This document shows, one piece after another, positions 24,411 through 38,325 of a stretch of DNA of 64,000 bases. A model generated the notes under the pieces. It worked only from the letters and a program-made list of their open reading frames with translations, ran no database searches and had not been told where the DNA came from. Within the stretch, counting starts at the first letter, position 1; each line of letters begins with the position of its first letter. The stretch lies in NCBI RefSeq assembly GCF_009834535.1, contig NC_045696.1, positions 53,322,001 through 53,386,000 on the forward strand, written 5' to 3'. The DNA comes from Camelus ferus (taxonomy: Eukaryota). The position numbers were made by a program, and so were the translations under genes.

Positions 24411-26649
24411 GAGCAGACATTCAAGGTAACCCACCATCTGGTTATAATCTACATTGCCACTCTTAATGCCCACTAACTTTCCACAGTCTTTCCAGTATAG
24501 TCATGTGGCATATATTATTTTTCACTTACCTAAAAGGTCATCTTCCCTCCTGAAGCCTCCAGATACTGTGATCAGGGGAGTCTTGGTGGAAAAAGTAACA
24601 TTTATACTGGATCTTGAAGGCTGACTAGAATTTTGACAGGTGGAAGCTGGACTTTTGGAGGAAAGGTGGTGAACATTTGAGAAGAATAGGTATGAAAAAA
24701 GGATGTCGTAGTAGAGTAAATGTTGCAGAAGCATCAAGAAAACAAGTCAGGCCACTCGATTAAGAAATTAGGAAGTCATTTGGAAGTTTCATATATTGAC
24801 TCTATTTTTCAGAATTTCAAGTAACTTTTCGGTCAGTTCACCTGAAGGTAAAGGTAAAGGAACAGTTGAGTATTTTTTCATTCAGCTTTTGATTCTCAAT
24901 AACTCTTGCCATTTTTCATCTCTGGGCAATTTACACCAACAGCCATCTCTATTGCCCATAAGATACATTACTTTGCAATTGGCTGGGTCTAACAAAAGGA
25001 CTTTTCTACTTTTGCAAATCTTTTTAAAAATGAAAATAAGAGTTCTTTTTACTAGATGCCAACAGAAAGCTCTCAGAAAGAGAAGGCAGACAGAATATAC
25101 ATATTCTAAATATGACATCTTTTTACCTCTCTTACAAAGTGGTGGCCCAACAATCTGGGAAATATGTTAATTTTCAGCTTCACTGTCTTCTCTCTCTGCC
25201 CCTGATCTCCAATAAACAAAGTAAAGAGATGGAAGCGTACAAAATTTTCCTTTGCAGATGATGCCAAAGTGATTTGGCAAAAGACAACTGTAGATCTTTC
25301 ACTAGCCCTAATGTTCATTGGGACCACAGCTCTGAAAGTTCTGAGCACAAACACATTTGAAGGTATATCAAGGCTGACAGCAGTCACTTTTTAAAAAAAA
25401 AAAAAAAAAAAGATAAGCCTAATAGAAAACACATTGAGATGAAGAAACAGGAGGCCAGGCTACAAAAAGAAGAGGTGCTCCTATGAATTTCCAGCAGAGG
25501 GTTGCTGAGTAATAGCCAGAGGAACCAGTCAAGGGACCCAGGTTCTAACTGCAGGTGTTACATTCCAGTCTTGCAGGGATGAGGAAGAGGTTTTCAACCG
25601 TCAAACAGGATGCTGAGACTTCTCTCCTGACCTGGGGCCAAGACAATCTGCTTTTTAACTAGAGGCAACTGCAATCCATTCTGTGAACAGATGGCATAGA
25701 GGAAAAAAATGCAAACACAGGTTCTCTAGTATCTATTCCAAAAGCTAGCCAACTTCCAGCTGTGGTAGGATAGGCAAGGGATGATATAGATCCTAGTGGG
25801 TGGAGGAGAGTTGAGTAAAGAGCAGAAAAGACACTTTTTAACAGTGAAGGATGACATGCAGATAGAGCCTGCTTTGGTTAGTGATGCGGGATACATTCAC
25901 ATTTTAATCACTTTTATACCAATTATACTTCATAATTCTTCTAGATCATCCATGATTTCTGCCTTTACAACAGGTCTGTGTCCTGTCCAAATTGTACATT
26001 CTTTATCCCTCTGAATATAACATAACACCCATTCATTATTATTTATTTTTCATTTTCTCTTCACATTAAACTAGTGAAAGCCAGAAACTGTATTGCTAAA
26101 GTTTGGTCATATGATTTACAAATGCATAACAGGGTCACAGGAAAAGATTCAGCAAGAGGAGACCCTTTCCTTGACATTATCAGAGGGGAAACACACAAGC
26201 AAGAGAGAATGTCCATAAAATGTAGTGGGACAGGTCAACTTTACACATGAGATTAATATCTGTTCTGTGTTGATATTCTCTACTGGCATCTCAACCTGGA
26301 AACTGTTGAGCATCAACACAACTGCTACTAGTTCTATGAAAATTTTATTTAAAGTACTAAAAAAGGAATTTCAGGCACAATACCAACTCTAATGACTAAG
26401 AGAAGAATGTGGAGGTTTTGACCCCAAGAAGAAAGCATCCCCACAGCTGATTATTACTACTGTATCCTGCCTAAACAAAAGGTAACAGTTTTAGCTAAAA
26501 CATTACTTAAAAATAAACAGGCCAAATATCCACTGGTGTGGATACAATACATAGAGATCTTTATAATAGGTGGAAACTTGGTTTGATTACCTCAAAAGGA
26601 CCCCCCAAGTCAAAAACTCAATGTGTCTCCTACATGCAATTTTTTAAAT

Positions 26650-27160
26650 ATTCATTTAGTTGCATTCAGCAACATTCACTGATACTAACCATATGCCAGA
26701 CATGGACCAAGGGTTCTAGGTTTTCAGAGATTTAAAAAAATGTAGATAACATAACCTAAGTAAGCAGTCATACAAATTAAAAATTACAGTCCAGTGGAAT
26801 GTGCCCCATGCTAGAGAATAAAGGCACTACAGTTTTATGATGAAATAAGAACACATAAATTCCTCCAGGTTCAGTTAGAGAAGACCTCACATAAAAGGTA
26901 AAGCTTGAGTAGGGTCTTCAAGGACAGGGCAAGAGATTATCAGCCAATCGAAGGAACAAGGTTAGTTATGGGGATTCAGAGAGGGAAAGCCATGCACCAA
27001 GACAAGGAAACATAAACCAACATGGTGCATTTGAGATAATGGCAGCAGCTCTGTTAAGTTGGAAAGGAACAGGGGAGGAAAATGGGGAAAAGAGCAAAGA
27101 CCATGCTAAGAAGTTAATGACAATATCCACGTTTTGCAGCAACAGGGAGCCTGTGAAATG
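26650..27160 (-). mobile_element. L2 3' fragment
   Basis: 'cattcagcaacattcactgatactaaccatatgccagacatg...aagcttgagtagggtcttcaagga'. Confidence 0.65.
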
Positions 27161-27170
27161 CCATTTCCTC

Positions 27171-27641
27171 TGCAGTAGACTCTGTCAGTGCTCTGCCCAT
27201 ATCCCTTCGTATCCCCTACCATTTTCATGAATATTGTCTCCCAGTGAAGTGCACTTAGAACAGCCAGCACCTGAGGCCCTTTGTCAGTGGGCTGTCCTCA
27301 GGCTGCTAGAGATTTTTTGCCAAAACATACAGAGTTCTTGAAATGCCCAGGAATTCTCTCCCCACCACCCCCACCTCCCTGCATAAAGCCATTAACCAAT
27401 GATTTCAGGTGCTGAAATATAAACACTGAATCAGGACAGATTGGAGGTCTGCCTCATCCATTGTGGGATTCCGCATTATATTGTACTCTCACTCTCACTT
27501 CTGCATTATATTGTACTCTTCTCCTCCAGTCCCCACTTTCCTACTCCTCTTCTGGTTTTACCTGTGAAAGGTTTCCTGTAAGTCACTTTGGCACAATTCC
27601 TCAGTTCAGGGTCTACTTCTTGGGGAGTCCAACCTAAGAGA
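27171..27641 (+). mobile_element. ERVL solo LTR (LTR16 family)
   Basis: Starts 'tgcagtagactctgtcagtgctctgcccatatccc'; ends 'tcagggtctacttcttggggagtccaacctaagaga', as in LTR16 consensus ends. Confidence 0.75.
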
Positions 27642-30589
27642 TCCTTTTCATTTACAGCTGTGAGTTATTAAAGTGATTCTGTAGAAAAACAATCTCATTG
27701 ATGAACTAAATATAAAGCCATGATGAAACGGGAAATCTGTTTCTAATTAACTTAAGATGTATTGCAAGGTTGGCGGCATTAAGAATACATGAGCTTATAC
27801 ATTTATACATTTGCGTGGAACAGCAAGGAAGCGAGGCTTTAGTTGTTTCATTTGCAAAGGAGCCCTGTTTCGTGAATGTGTCCTAGGTGGGAGCTGATGC
27901 TGTTACGGCTGGAGGACTAGTGAATCTGGTCCTCTGACTCCAGGTGCTTAGGGCTCTCTACATGCCTGTTATGCAAATGTCTTTGTTTCCATTCCATATT
28001 CCTCTCTTTTTTGGGGAAAAGTTAATTTTAATCCCACATATATCAGGTTAGAGGACAATCAAATAAAGAGGAACCTTATTACAGGTGACAAACATCCAGG
28101 TTCTGTATACATCAGTAGCATCTTCCTGGTCCCAATCCACTTTTTATCTTATGGTTATTTCACTGTCAGCCAGAAGAGGCTCAAATTCCTCAAGCATGAG
28201 AGGCAACTAAATGATAATTAATTTTTGATATATGAACACAACATTATCCATGATTATAATAATAACATTGAGAATAACCATCACAGAGTCCATTAATGCA
28301 CCTAAATCCTGTGTTCCCTCTGCTACTCCTGGCCTGGGGCCCATGACCAATTCTGTCAATACACCCTAAACTTTAGTAGTGTTCTCCCCTGAAAAATGAT
28401 ACCTTGACACCCCCGCCCCCCACCGCCACATACACACAAATGCTTCCGTGTAACGGATGCCAGCCTGCTGTAATTTTGACTCATTAGAGCATGACTCAGA
28501 CCAGCCCCCTCATTATGCTCACTTTCTAATTACCAGGACTGGACAATTTTAGACAGAAAGAAAAACCACATACTGAGATCTGTGATGCCTGACATTGAGC
28601 GACTTTTTATTCTGCTTGTGACTCTTTCCTCCTTGCAACTCCTCACCCTGTTCCAGCTTTCTCAATTTTTTTGAAACAGTATGTTTTTCTTCCCAAATCC
28701 ATAGCAAGAAGACATAATTCCTCAGCAAGATTTAATATGTAAAATCGTTCCCCCTCATTCCTCATCCTTTCCTTCATCATTAGCTCTCCTAAGCTCAGTG
28801 GCTGCCAACACACAGTTGCATTTTCATTGACTGACAATGACTTAGCAAGGAGATCTCAAATCCACATATCACCAAATATTATTGAGAGTTATGTACCATC
28901 TAACCAAGCAGGCCATCTCTGTCCTTTTCGAATTTCTAGAGTTCCTTTCCTCTTACAATCACTATTCCCCTCTATTTTCTATTCCTTCTGACATTCTTTT
29001 TTTTTTTCTCTCCTTTTACCCTCACTTCTACCCTGCTTCACATGTAGTGACTTGCACATTCATCTCCTTTCCCGAAAATAAAATAAGAACTTCAAAGAGG
29101 CATGAATGATCTCTCCTGTTTTAATAATTAAAGATGAATCCACCACAAAGCTGGCTCTGCTGTTCCCAGTGTTCATATTAGATCAGAAATGGCATTTTTT
29201 AGCCCCAAAAGAAATATATCAGAGTACTTCCCACCCTGAAATACATGGCACGAAGCCCAGCTTTTCCCCAGAACCAGCGTGTTACCGATGGGTCTGTTTC
29301 AAAGGAAGTGTAGTCGGAATATGGGAAGGAGGATTTTATAGTGTTTGATAATTCACAATTTAACAGCTAAGGAAAGGCGGTTTATTATTAAATGCAAATA
29401 AAATGAAATGAAGTCCAGCTGTCTGGGTGCAGATAGAAATTACACAAAGCCCATAAGCCACTCTGGAGATCTTAACTACTAGACAGAACAGAGCTCCGGG
29501 AGCTGCCAGCAAGCACAAATCCCTTCTTTGAAGGGGCTTGCACCCTGTATTATCTCCAGAGAAAGACTCAGATTAGACAGTCGGCTTGGAAAATGAAGGT
29601 GTGACTAGAAACAGGGCAAATACAGCCACTTCACAGAAGGCAAACATGTTTTGAGTTTTAAAGTATTTTAACCTCCTGAGTTCCTACTGTTAGCTTCCCC
29701 TTCTGCCGGATGGTTTTTACTGGCCAATGGAAAAATGTCTATTTTCTTACAGGGTGGAAAGACAGCCTGTCTAGAGCAAAAAGATACATATTGCCCCAGA
29801 CTATCCAAATTCATAACGTTAATATGACCACTTCCTAATGGTCATAAGTATAAACTTGAGAACATGATAATAATTTCATATAAATTGTACTTATATACCT
29901 GTTAGGTCTATTCATATTTTAAAACAGTGGAAGTGTTCCAAAGCTATGGAATTAGATATATCTTTTCTTTATCAACTAGGCTTCAGGGCTCTGATGGCCA
30001 ATATTTTGGAGGAAGTACTAAAGCTGGATTTGCAAACCTGTATAAATTCAATGTGGCTACCAGACTCATTTACTGAAAGCAGTGCGTTGCATATGTTATT
30101 CACTAACTCAAAAATGTCTAGGGATACTTTTTACCAGATCAAGTTCACATTACTTCTTAAGTCGTTCTATATTTTGTAACCTAATGTGGGATTTCCATAC
30201 ATACATCCTAGACAGGTGGAAAGAGCTCATCTGTGTTTCAAGAGTTTCGTGTTGTTCCCACTTCCTACCTTCTGAGCCTAGGATACTTCTCCCCTTTGTA
30301 ACCACTAAAATTCAACATAAGCTTCAAGGTCACTTCAGACTCTGTTGTCTCTCTGGACACTTCCCTGAATGTACATCTACCTTCTCTAGGAATTAATGCC
30401 ACAATTCGCACCAGCACTTAGTTTGGTACTCACATACTTTGTAAATATAGTGTATCTACTACTTTGTATTGTTTGTTAATTATTTTTATAGATCTATCAT
30501 GTCCAGCCAGTAGATTATACATTTCTAGAAGGCAAAGATGGTATTTTAGAGCTACTTTCTATTTCCTGTAATATCTGTCATCACATCCA

Positions 30590-31541
30590 ACATATCTCCA
30601 TCCTCAGCATCCCCCACTGGACTCGAGACTTCTTTATACATCCATCTACGCAACACCTTCCCTTGGAAGTCTAACAGGTGATCACAATATATCCAAAACA
30701 AAACTCTCTATCTCTTCCCTTTAAATTCTGCCCCTCATGTTGTTTTCTTTATCTCAATTTTTAGAAGTCCATCCTTCCAGTTGTTTATTCCAAAACACCT
30801 TGAATTCGTCTTTCTATCACACTCCATGCCTCATCCATCATGAAATCGTATCACTTCTAGCATCAGAACAAATTCAAAGTATGATCACTTCTTCTACTTC
30901 CATTGCTATCACTTTTGCCCAGCCATCACCATCTCTTTACTGTTACAATACTATTACAATAGGCAAATCGGTCTCCTTGCTTCTTTCCTGCACACCGCAA
31001 CTCATTCTCAACACAGGAGCCAGGAGGTCCTTTGGGAACATAAGTCAGATTATATCACTCATCTTTCCAAATCCCTCCAATGCCTCACATGTCAGAGTTA
31101 GCATCAAAGTCTTAACGGTGACCTATAAAGCCCTGCAAACCTGGCATTATTCCATTATTTCTTTGACCTCATCTCCTTCTCTTTCTACCACTCCTTCCCT
31201 CCAGCACGTTGACCTCCTTGCTATTCTTGGATCTAGGCAAGCTTCTGCCTCAGGGCCTTTTCATGTGCTGTCCCTTCAGCCCGGAGTGCTTTTCTCTATT
31301 TAAATTGCATCCATATACACCTTTGGCAATACACTCTTGAATACCCTTTCCACTGAATTCTTGTTTCATAGTACTTACCACTAACTAACATACTAAAATG
31401 TTTACTTATTTATTTCTATTATTATCTGTCTCCCTCCACTAGAACATAAACTTCTTGTGGGCAAGTATTTCTGTGCTCTGTTGCCCAATGCTAGAATATT
31501 TCCATCATTATTCTGATGAAGACATGGATGAATGAATAAAC
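30590..31541 (+). mobile_element. L2a 3' region (~950 bp)
   Basis: Pyrimidine-rich L2 body 'gcttctgcctcagggcctttcatgtgctgtccc...ctgtctccctccactagaacataaactt' ending in 'gatgaatgaataaa'; explains ORF 30737-31303. Confidence 0.85.
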
Positions 31542-32604
31542 AGGCAGGAAATACTGTCTTGCTAAATGTCTAAGTTCTTAATAAATGAGTACAGTATGAA
31601 ATAAATGGGAATTGCTCTGAAAAATATCTCAGAGAAAGATACCACTCAAAGAAAGTGCATTTCTCCTCTGGCATGGATAGTTGCATGTGTCCCATCATGA
31701 CTGAGAGTGGAAGGCTCCAGGCCAAACTCAGGTACTGGTTACCTACAGAACCTTAGGAAAGGCCTGAAACTCTTCCTGCCTTGGGTAGACATCCACAAAT
31801 TAGTTATGATGCCTGCCTTTGACCTGAGTGCTTTATTAATTGTTTTGTAAATTTTTCTCATGCTGTCTTCTCTGTGAATATTGAAGTTCCAAAATAGAGT
31901 TGAATGAAAAAAATTTTTTTAATAAAATAGAACTGAATATCACTTTTACATAACATTCTATAACCTGGTAGTGGACCTATGATAGAGAATTCATAAATAA
32001 AATAATCTTTATTATCCCAAACTTTACAATCTGATATAGAAAAACAAGTAAAGAACTGTGAACCATAAATGCAACACACAAAATAAAGGCACAATTAGCC
32101 TTTATAATGCTACATTACAATCCTGAGTTTGACAATTTTGTCCTCAATATAGTAACACTGACTCATTCATAGCATTTGCTCAATAGATGTTCACTGAGCA
32201 AAAAGACAGTAAAAAAAAAAAAAACATAAAACTTACTGTTCAGAGTGAGTGCTCATTCAGGAGGAGACAAATGAAAAGGAAGATGCTATGAAATGTGATC
32301 AGGGACATTGCATCTCTTACTGACTTGCCTCATTATCTCATAAGGTTCCATGAAGGATACAGAGATTTAAGATTTTTTGTTTATTAAAAAAAAAAAAAAG
32401 ACAGAGAGAAGAGAGATGGTCCATGGATCGTGTAATCTTTAGATTACATAGGAAAATCAACAAGAGAATGAATGTGTTTAAAGAAACTTTAGAAATGTGT
32501 ACTTATGAAGGGTGAACAACATTTGGTAACTGCTAAAATCATAGAGGAGGTCTTTAATTTAGAAGGTAACTATCTTGAATACCTCAGAATAAAAGGAGAA
32601 TTCA

Positions 32605-33310
32605 CGTCTTAAGTACTTATATACCAGCCTTGGTGCTAGATGCTAGAGGTGAATGAAACATCACTGTTCTCAACAAATTGGCAACCTTTAGAGGGAGAAG
32701 CGTAATGAAATAAATGAATCCAACAGACAGTGTTGATAAGGTTACCTAACCAAGACTACTGGTGGGTCAGGGAAGGCTTCCCTGAGGGAGTAAAAGCTGG
32801 GATAGAGGCTGAAGGAAGAGCTGGAGTTGGACAGAGTAAGGAGTGGAAAAAGAACTGTGAGACAGAAAATGGCACGTTGAAGGACACAGCAGAGGTCAGT
32901 GTAGTTGAATTTCAAATGGATTGGAAAGCAAGAGGGAAGCAGAAGAGAAAGAAGAAGGTAGGCAGAAGATATTTAAAATGAAGCTGGGGAAGTAGATAAG
33001 TAGGGGCAAGATTACAAAGAATTGGTTTGCCTTTGGAAGAAATTCTAATTTTATTCCAAGAATAATAAGGAGCAATTGAAGTATTATAAGAAAAGCAATG
33101 ATATAATTAAAGTAGAATCTGCATTTAGAAAGCTCTGCCTGCAGTATGTAGAATAGATTAGGGAGACAATAATGAGCACTGAAGCCAGTTGGAGTCTCTT
33201 TCAACAACACAAGCAAGAAATAATATAGGCCTGCATTATGGGTAGTGATGACAGGGGAGGAAAACAAGGGGGACAGATTTTAGAGATATTACAAAAGTGA
33301 AACTGGTGAA
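32605..33310 (-). mobile_element. L2 fragment
   Basis: 'gtcagggaaggcttccctgaggg...gcatttagaaagctctgcctgcagtatgtagaatagatt...gattttagagatatt'. Confidence 0.75.
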
Positions 33311-34659
33311 ACACTGCAGAAAACATTGTAAAAGAGAGAAAAGGTAATGGGGCAAAGTGGTTAAGAGAGGAGCAGCATCAGAAATGGACAATCCAGCAAA
33401 ACTTCAGTCGAGGTCTGGCGATAAAACGGAGGCTTTGTCAATATGGAGGGGAAAAATAAAATAGCTACTTATGAGAAATAGGTGCCTGGGTTTTCCCTTC
33501 TGACTCTGTGAATTGAAGTCACATGCTCTGTGGAGTCATGGAGAGAAAGAATTCCTTTTGATCCACAAGTTTATACCTCATCGAACAAAATCTACTGACC
33601 AGCAGCCCAACATCTATGTGAATTACCATCTCTGACACCTCATTGCACTTCATGTCCAAACTCTGTCTTGGGCTCATTTATGTAGAAAGAATTGGCAAGA
33701 TACAGCAAGAGACTGTGTATTTAGAGTGCTGAGTGTATGTGTTCCTTGATGGCCAGAAATCAAGAAAGGAAATAGAGAAGCAAATAAAAAATGCAAAATT
33801 TAAGTATTAAAGCTGAATTCTAGCTCAAATTATTTTTTTATGTTTTATTCCTTCTGAACTACTCAGGAAAATTTGTGGACTGAAGATTAAGGCTAGACTA
33901 ATACTTTCCACAAATTTCAAAAGAGCTCTTCAATTTCTTTGCTTTCCCCATATATTCCAGAAGAAACTAGAAGGCTAATTAATTTTGTTCTCACTTTGCA
34001 TTGCTGGCATATAATCTTCTGATGAGAAGATTTCTCTTTCCTCCAACAGCCTTAGTTCACCATTGGAGATGTGTCAACATTTGGCATTGTCATTAAGCAT
34101 CCCAAAAGTTGGGTTCTCTTCCATGCTTGGCTTGCCAACATCTGCACCACTCTTAGCCACTTCTGACCTTGTTTCTTTTAAACACCACTTTTTTTCTGAG
34201 TGCATTTTTTTTAACATCCTTTTTGACTCCTTCAATAATTTGTTTTTCTTTAGATCTCTGCAAGGCTTGATCCTATTGCTATAGTCACCTGTGCATATGC
34301 ACTAAGTGCCACAGGATGGATCTACAAGCAAAGAGTGTCCCATCTCCTCACCTTCTCCTTTAGAAAGGAATTATGTAAGTATAGATCCCCCAAGAGAATG
34401 CTCACTGATGGTAGAGCTGTAGTTCTGCTCTAGCCTTGTATTTTCCTGGGACAACCCCAGCCTGCAGGACATCTGGGACATGAGCAAGGTAAGGATTTAT
34501 AATTAATTATTGGTCACTTAATATTCGTCTGCAGTTTATTTTTACCACATGCTAAATATCTCAGAGCTTCCATCTAAAATCCAGGAAAAAAAGGTTAGGT
34601 GAAAGCTTGTTGCTGTATTCTGTATTCTACATCTTTATATCACTCTAACCCTCCCTCGC

Positions 34660-34945
34660 TGACTTGATCATCCCTTTTAATCTTTCAAGTCTCATGTCTA
34701 ATCCTCTCTTGCAATTATACCTAACCAGGTCCTGACTCTTCTTTTGTGCAGAATTAGGGTTTTCTGCCATGTAATATCATATACACATACATATAGAGAT
34801 TTAAACACATTTATTAAGTTATGCAAGTCTGTTCACTCTGTAGACTGTGATCTTGAGATCAAAGGATCAGTCTTATTTTTGTGTCCTCATTACCTAGCAC
34901 TATACATGACATGTAGTAGGTAGTTAATTTTTTTATGGAAAGAAT
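34660..34945 (+). mobile_element. L2 3' end fragment
   Basis: 'tagactgtgatcttgagatcaaaggatcagtctt...cctagcactatacatgacatgtagtagg'. Confidence 0.6.
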
Positions 34946-35859
34946 TAAAACACTTTCTACCCCATGAAGAATCTTATTTCATGCTTCCATTGCCCAATAT
35001 AGAAAACCAAAATAGAAATTCAACCACTGTCATTTTTCAATAATACACTTCACTCTGTCATTGTGGAAAACATTTGGTGACTCATAGCCTAAATATACTG
35101 TAAAAACAGCTGATATGATGCTATTTTAAAGTGATAATTATATATTTTATTTGTGATGGCACATGTTAGGGCTAAAAAACAAAATTAAGCTAAATGTCTA
35201 AATAGCAAATAGACATTAACACATCCATTCATTAAGGTACTGTTTGCATTTCTATCAGGATGAATAATCATTTTTCATTTAAGAAAGATCTTGACTTTTT
35301 CTGAGAACTGTCATTCTGTGGAACTGCTGACTGAGGACAGGCCTGGCTAGGAAAAGCAAAATGTGTGCACGTTACTTATACCACTCTAATTTAAAAACAG
35401 CTTATCTTAATACTTCAATGACTAGAAGAAACATTTTTTAAAAATACAAATAAAGCATCCCTAGGATCTTTGTTTAAAGAAAAAAGTCATTTTAGTTGCT
35501 TAGAGAAACATAAACATAACCATGATCCTAAATTAGTTTTTAAATAATTAGATTACTATTTATGGACATTAAATCAAATTGAAGATATATGGGTGTGTAC
35601 ATACACGATATATTTTATTGACTGGGTTGATTTATTTATAGTATGCACCATGATACGATTAGTTTTAAAAGGCAAATCTATAATATGAAATACTAGATAC
35701 TATAAAACCCCATCTAATGCTTATTGTGCATCTACTGAGCATTCCTTGTATATGCCTTGCACTCTGTCCTGACATAGTGGACATACGTGTGTTTCTCTTG
35801 GGCATTAAGCACATCTTTATGTTTTTCAACTGCTTCTTGCCTTCAAGGAATGCTTCTTT

Positions 35860-36490
35860 CTCATCCACTCATGTTTCATGTGGAACCTGCCAATCACATT
35901 ACTCCAAGTATACGGCCCCAAATGTTAGCATACGAGCCAGATATGGCTAATCACTGTACCTCATTCCTCTGATCACAGTGATTACTCCAGAAAGGACATG
36001 AAACCTAAACCAAGTTCATCAGTCTCCTCTAAAGAAGGGTGATTAAATAATTTATTGTCAAAACTGGACTTACGAGAGTACAAGAGAGTGTTATTAATAG
36101 TTATGCTGAAATGAGAGGCTTGCAGACAGTTTCCTGGACAACAGAGACTAATGGCAACCTTCTTCCCAGAGATTTTCTAGTTAGTGTTGGAATAGAAAGT
36201 TTTCTCTCCTTTGTGGCCATAACTCTATAATTATGGGTGTAAGCCCAGCACTGCAGCAACCCTGTGGTCCTCCGATATGTACAAAAAGCCAATGAGTAGC
36301 CCAGAAGAAAAAAGCCCAAAATGAGAAAAGGTAAAGATAGGAGGCAGGAGAGAGAAAATAAGAGACAGTGCAAGCAAGTAAGAAAGTTAGATCCCACTGC
36401 ATCCTGAAGCCATTTTCATTCATATCTCTAGAGACAACTATTTTTTCTTAAGCTAGTAGGAGTTGGGTTTTGTTACCTGCCAAACTCTAA
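35860..36490 (+). mobile_element. Ancient MaLR LTR (MLT1J/K-like)
   Basis: 'cattcctctgatcacagtgatt...ggacatgaaacctaa' and 3' end 'cttaagctagtaggagttgggttttgttacctgc'. Confidence 0.6.
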
Positions 36491-38286
36491 AGAAAAGGGG
36501 TATTGTAGGCCATCTAGCTTATCTTTTATTTTAAAGATAAGGAGACTAGGGCCCACACAGGTTAAGTAATTATCCAAGGGTCCCAAATATTTACAAGTAG
36601 GCATATAACTCAGGTCTTTGTATTTTTTTCTTTTTCTCTTTATATAACATTTTCCCTATATTACTCCAAATTATGATTTTATTATTTCATATTGTGCATA
36701 TAGTCATCATTCTAATAGAAATCTGTCTCCTTAAAGAAAACTTCTTTACACACTTCCTATAGCCCTAATCCAATGAAAACTTAATAAATGCTTCTAGAAT
36801 TAATAACCAATGAATGAAATTCAGCACTTCATGGCCTGCCTCTGAGTCTCCTTTGTAACGACAAAAATGGACAAAAAACCAATAATTTCTATGCATGTAC
36901 ACCAATGGGTAAATTTTCATTATAAAGTTTGAGTGCCTCCAAATACATACGTCTACAAGTATTAACTATGTGCATATGTGAATGATTATGAAATTATAAC
37001 AAGGACAACCAGTCTCTTAGAGATAACGGTGCTCATTTGGGAGATGAAACACATTTTACCTACAGGATAGCAACTTAGGAAAGTTTTAGAGAATAAGACA
37101 TGTAACAGAATGAAATCTCCATGAGGATAGATACCATTTCCATCTCAATAACATATGTCAGGAAAGGCAGAAATGAGGGCTGGAGAACTCCAATTTCACG
37201 AATGGTGACAACAAGAGCAGCCAGGTGAGTTAACATGGAGAGCGAAAATGAAACCAAATAAAGGGAAATTTAAACCTGTATCAGAGTCAGGGCAGCCACT
37301 CAGAGCCAGTGGGCAGTTCAACCGGGGGTGAGGGATTGGTAAAGAGGATGCTGAAGAGTTACAATGAACAATGGATTTTAACTTCCATAAAAATCACTAC
37401 AAGTGCATTTAGACACCTAGATATGCACCCTAGAATTTGTTTTTATAATTCATGTTTATTGAACACTTATATGTCAACCACTGATGTTAAATTAATCTGG
37501 GAAATATTGTTCATTTTCAAAAGCTATTAAAAAAAAATCCCTTGGCCCAAATATAATCAATCTACAGTTTGGAAAGCATTCATTAACCAAGTCTACATTA
37601 ATAAAATTTAGTTAAAACTGATTGAAATTATTCTATGTGCTCTCAAAAAATTTGTGCTGAATACACATGGGTTTATTATTTTACATATTTTCTCAAGATT
37701 GATGCAGTGAATGTCTCTCATGCATGACTGATTAAACACATGAAAAATTTCAAAACTTAAGTTTGGCTTAGAATCATTTACATGTTACAAGGAGATTTAA
37801 TAGAAAAATGTTTTTCTCCCAAAGTTTTAATTCACAGTAGAAGAAATAAAAAAACAGATGGCAAAGTTTCACCACTTGAAATGTTATTGTGGATTTTTAA
37901 TAGCAAGAAAGGTTATGGATATTCTATCCATGATTATACTGATTGCACATTTTAGATCAATGCCTACAAAATCAAAGTTAAGTGTCTAATTCTTATGATT
38001 TAATGGTGAAAGTTGGAATTCCTTCTTTTATTTTATGTCTCAGACAATATTAACTTCTGCCTGTCCTGTTGAATTTCTATTAAAGTAAAAATAAATTAAT
38101 GATTACTAGACCCAACTGGGTTGAGCAGAGAAGTCAATGTAAACTACTTGAGATCAGTTCCAGGTTCCTTATATTGTGCCTCATGTATGCACAAAAAACA
38201 TATGTGAAATTAATTGATGGATGGATAATGGGTGGATGAATGCAAATAAGCTGTACAGTCAAAGGAAAATACTCTATCATTATTAC

Positions 38287-38325
38287 AATGATGGTGATGA
38301 TGATGATGAAATGATGAAGATGATA
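38287..38325. repeat. Imperfect (TGA)n microsatellite
   Basis: atgatggtgatgatgatgatgaaatgatgaagatgat. Confidence 0.8.

Noticed and set aside
30737..31303. Longest ORF in the window (188 aa)
   Set aside because: Lies wholly within a pyrimidine-rich L2a fragment; Ser/Leu-rich chance ORF with no recognisable domain
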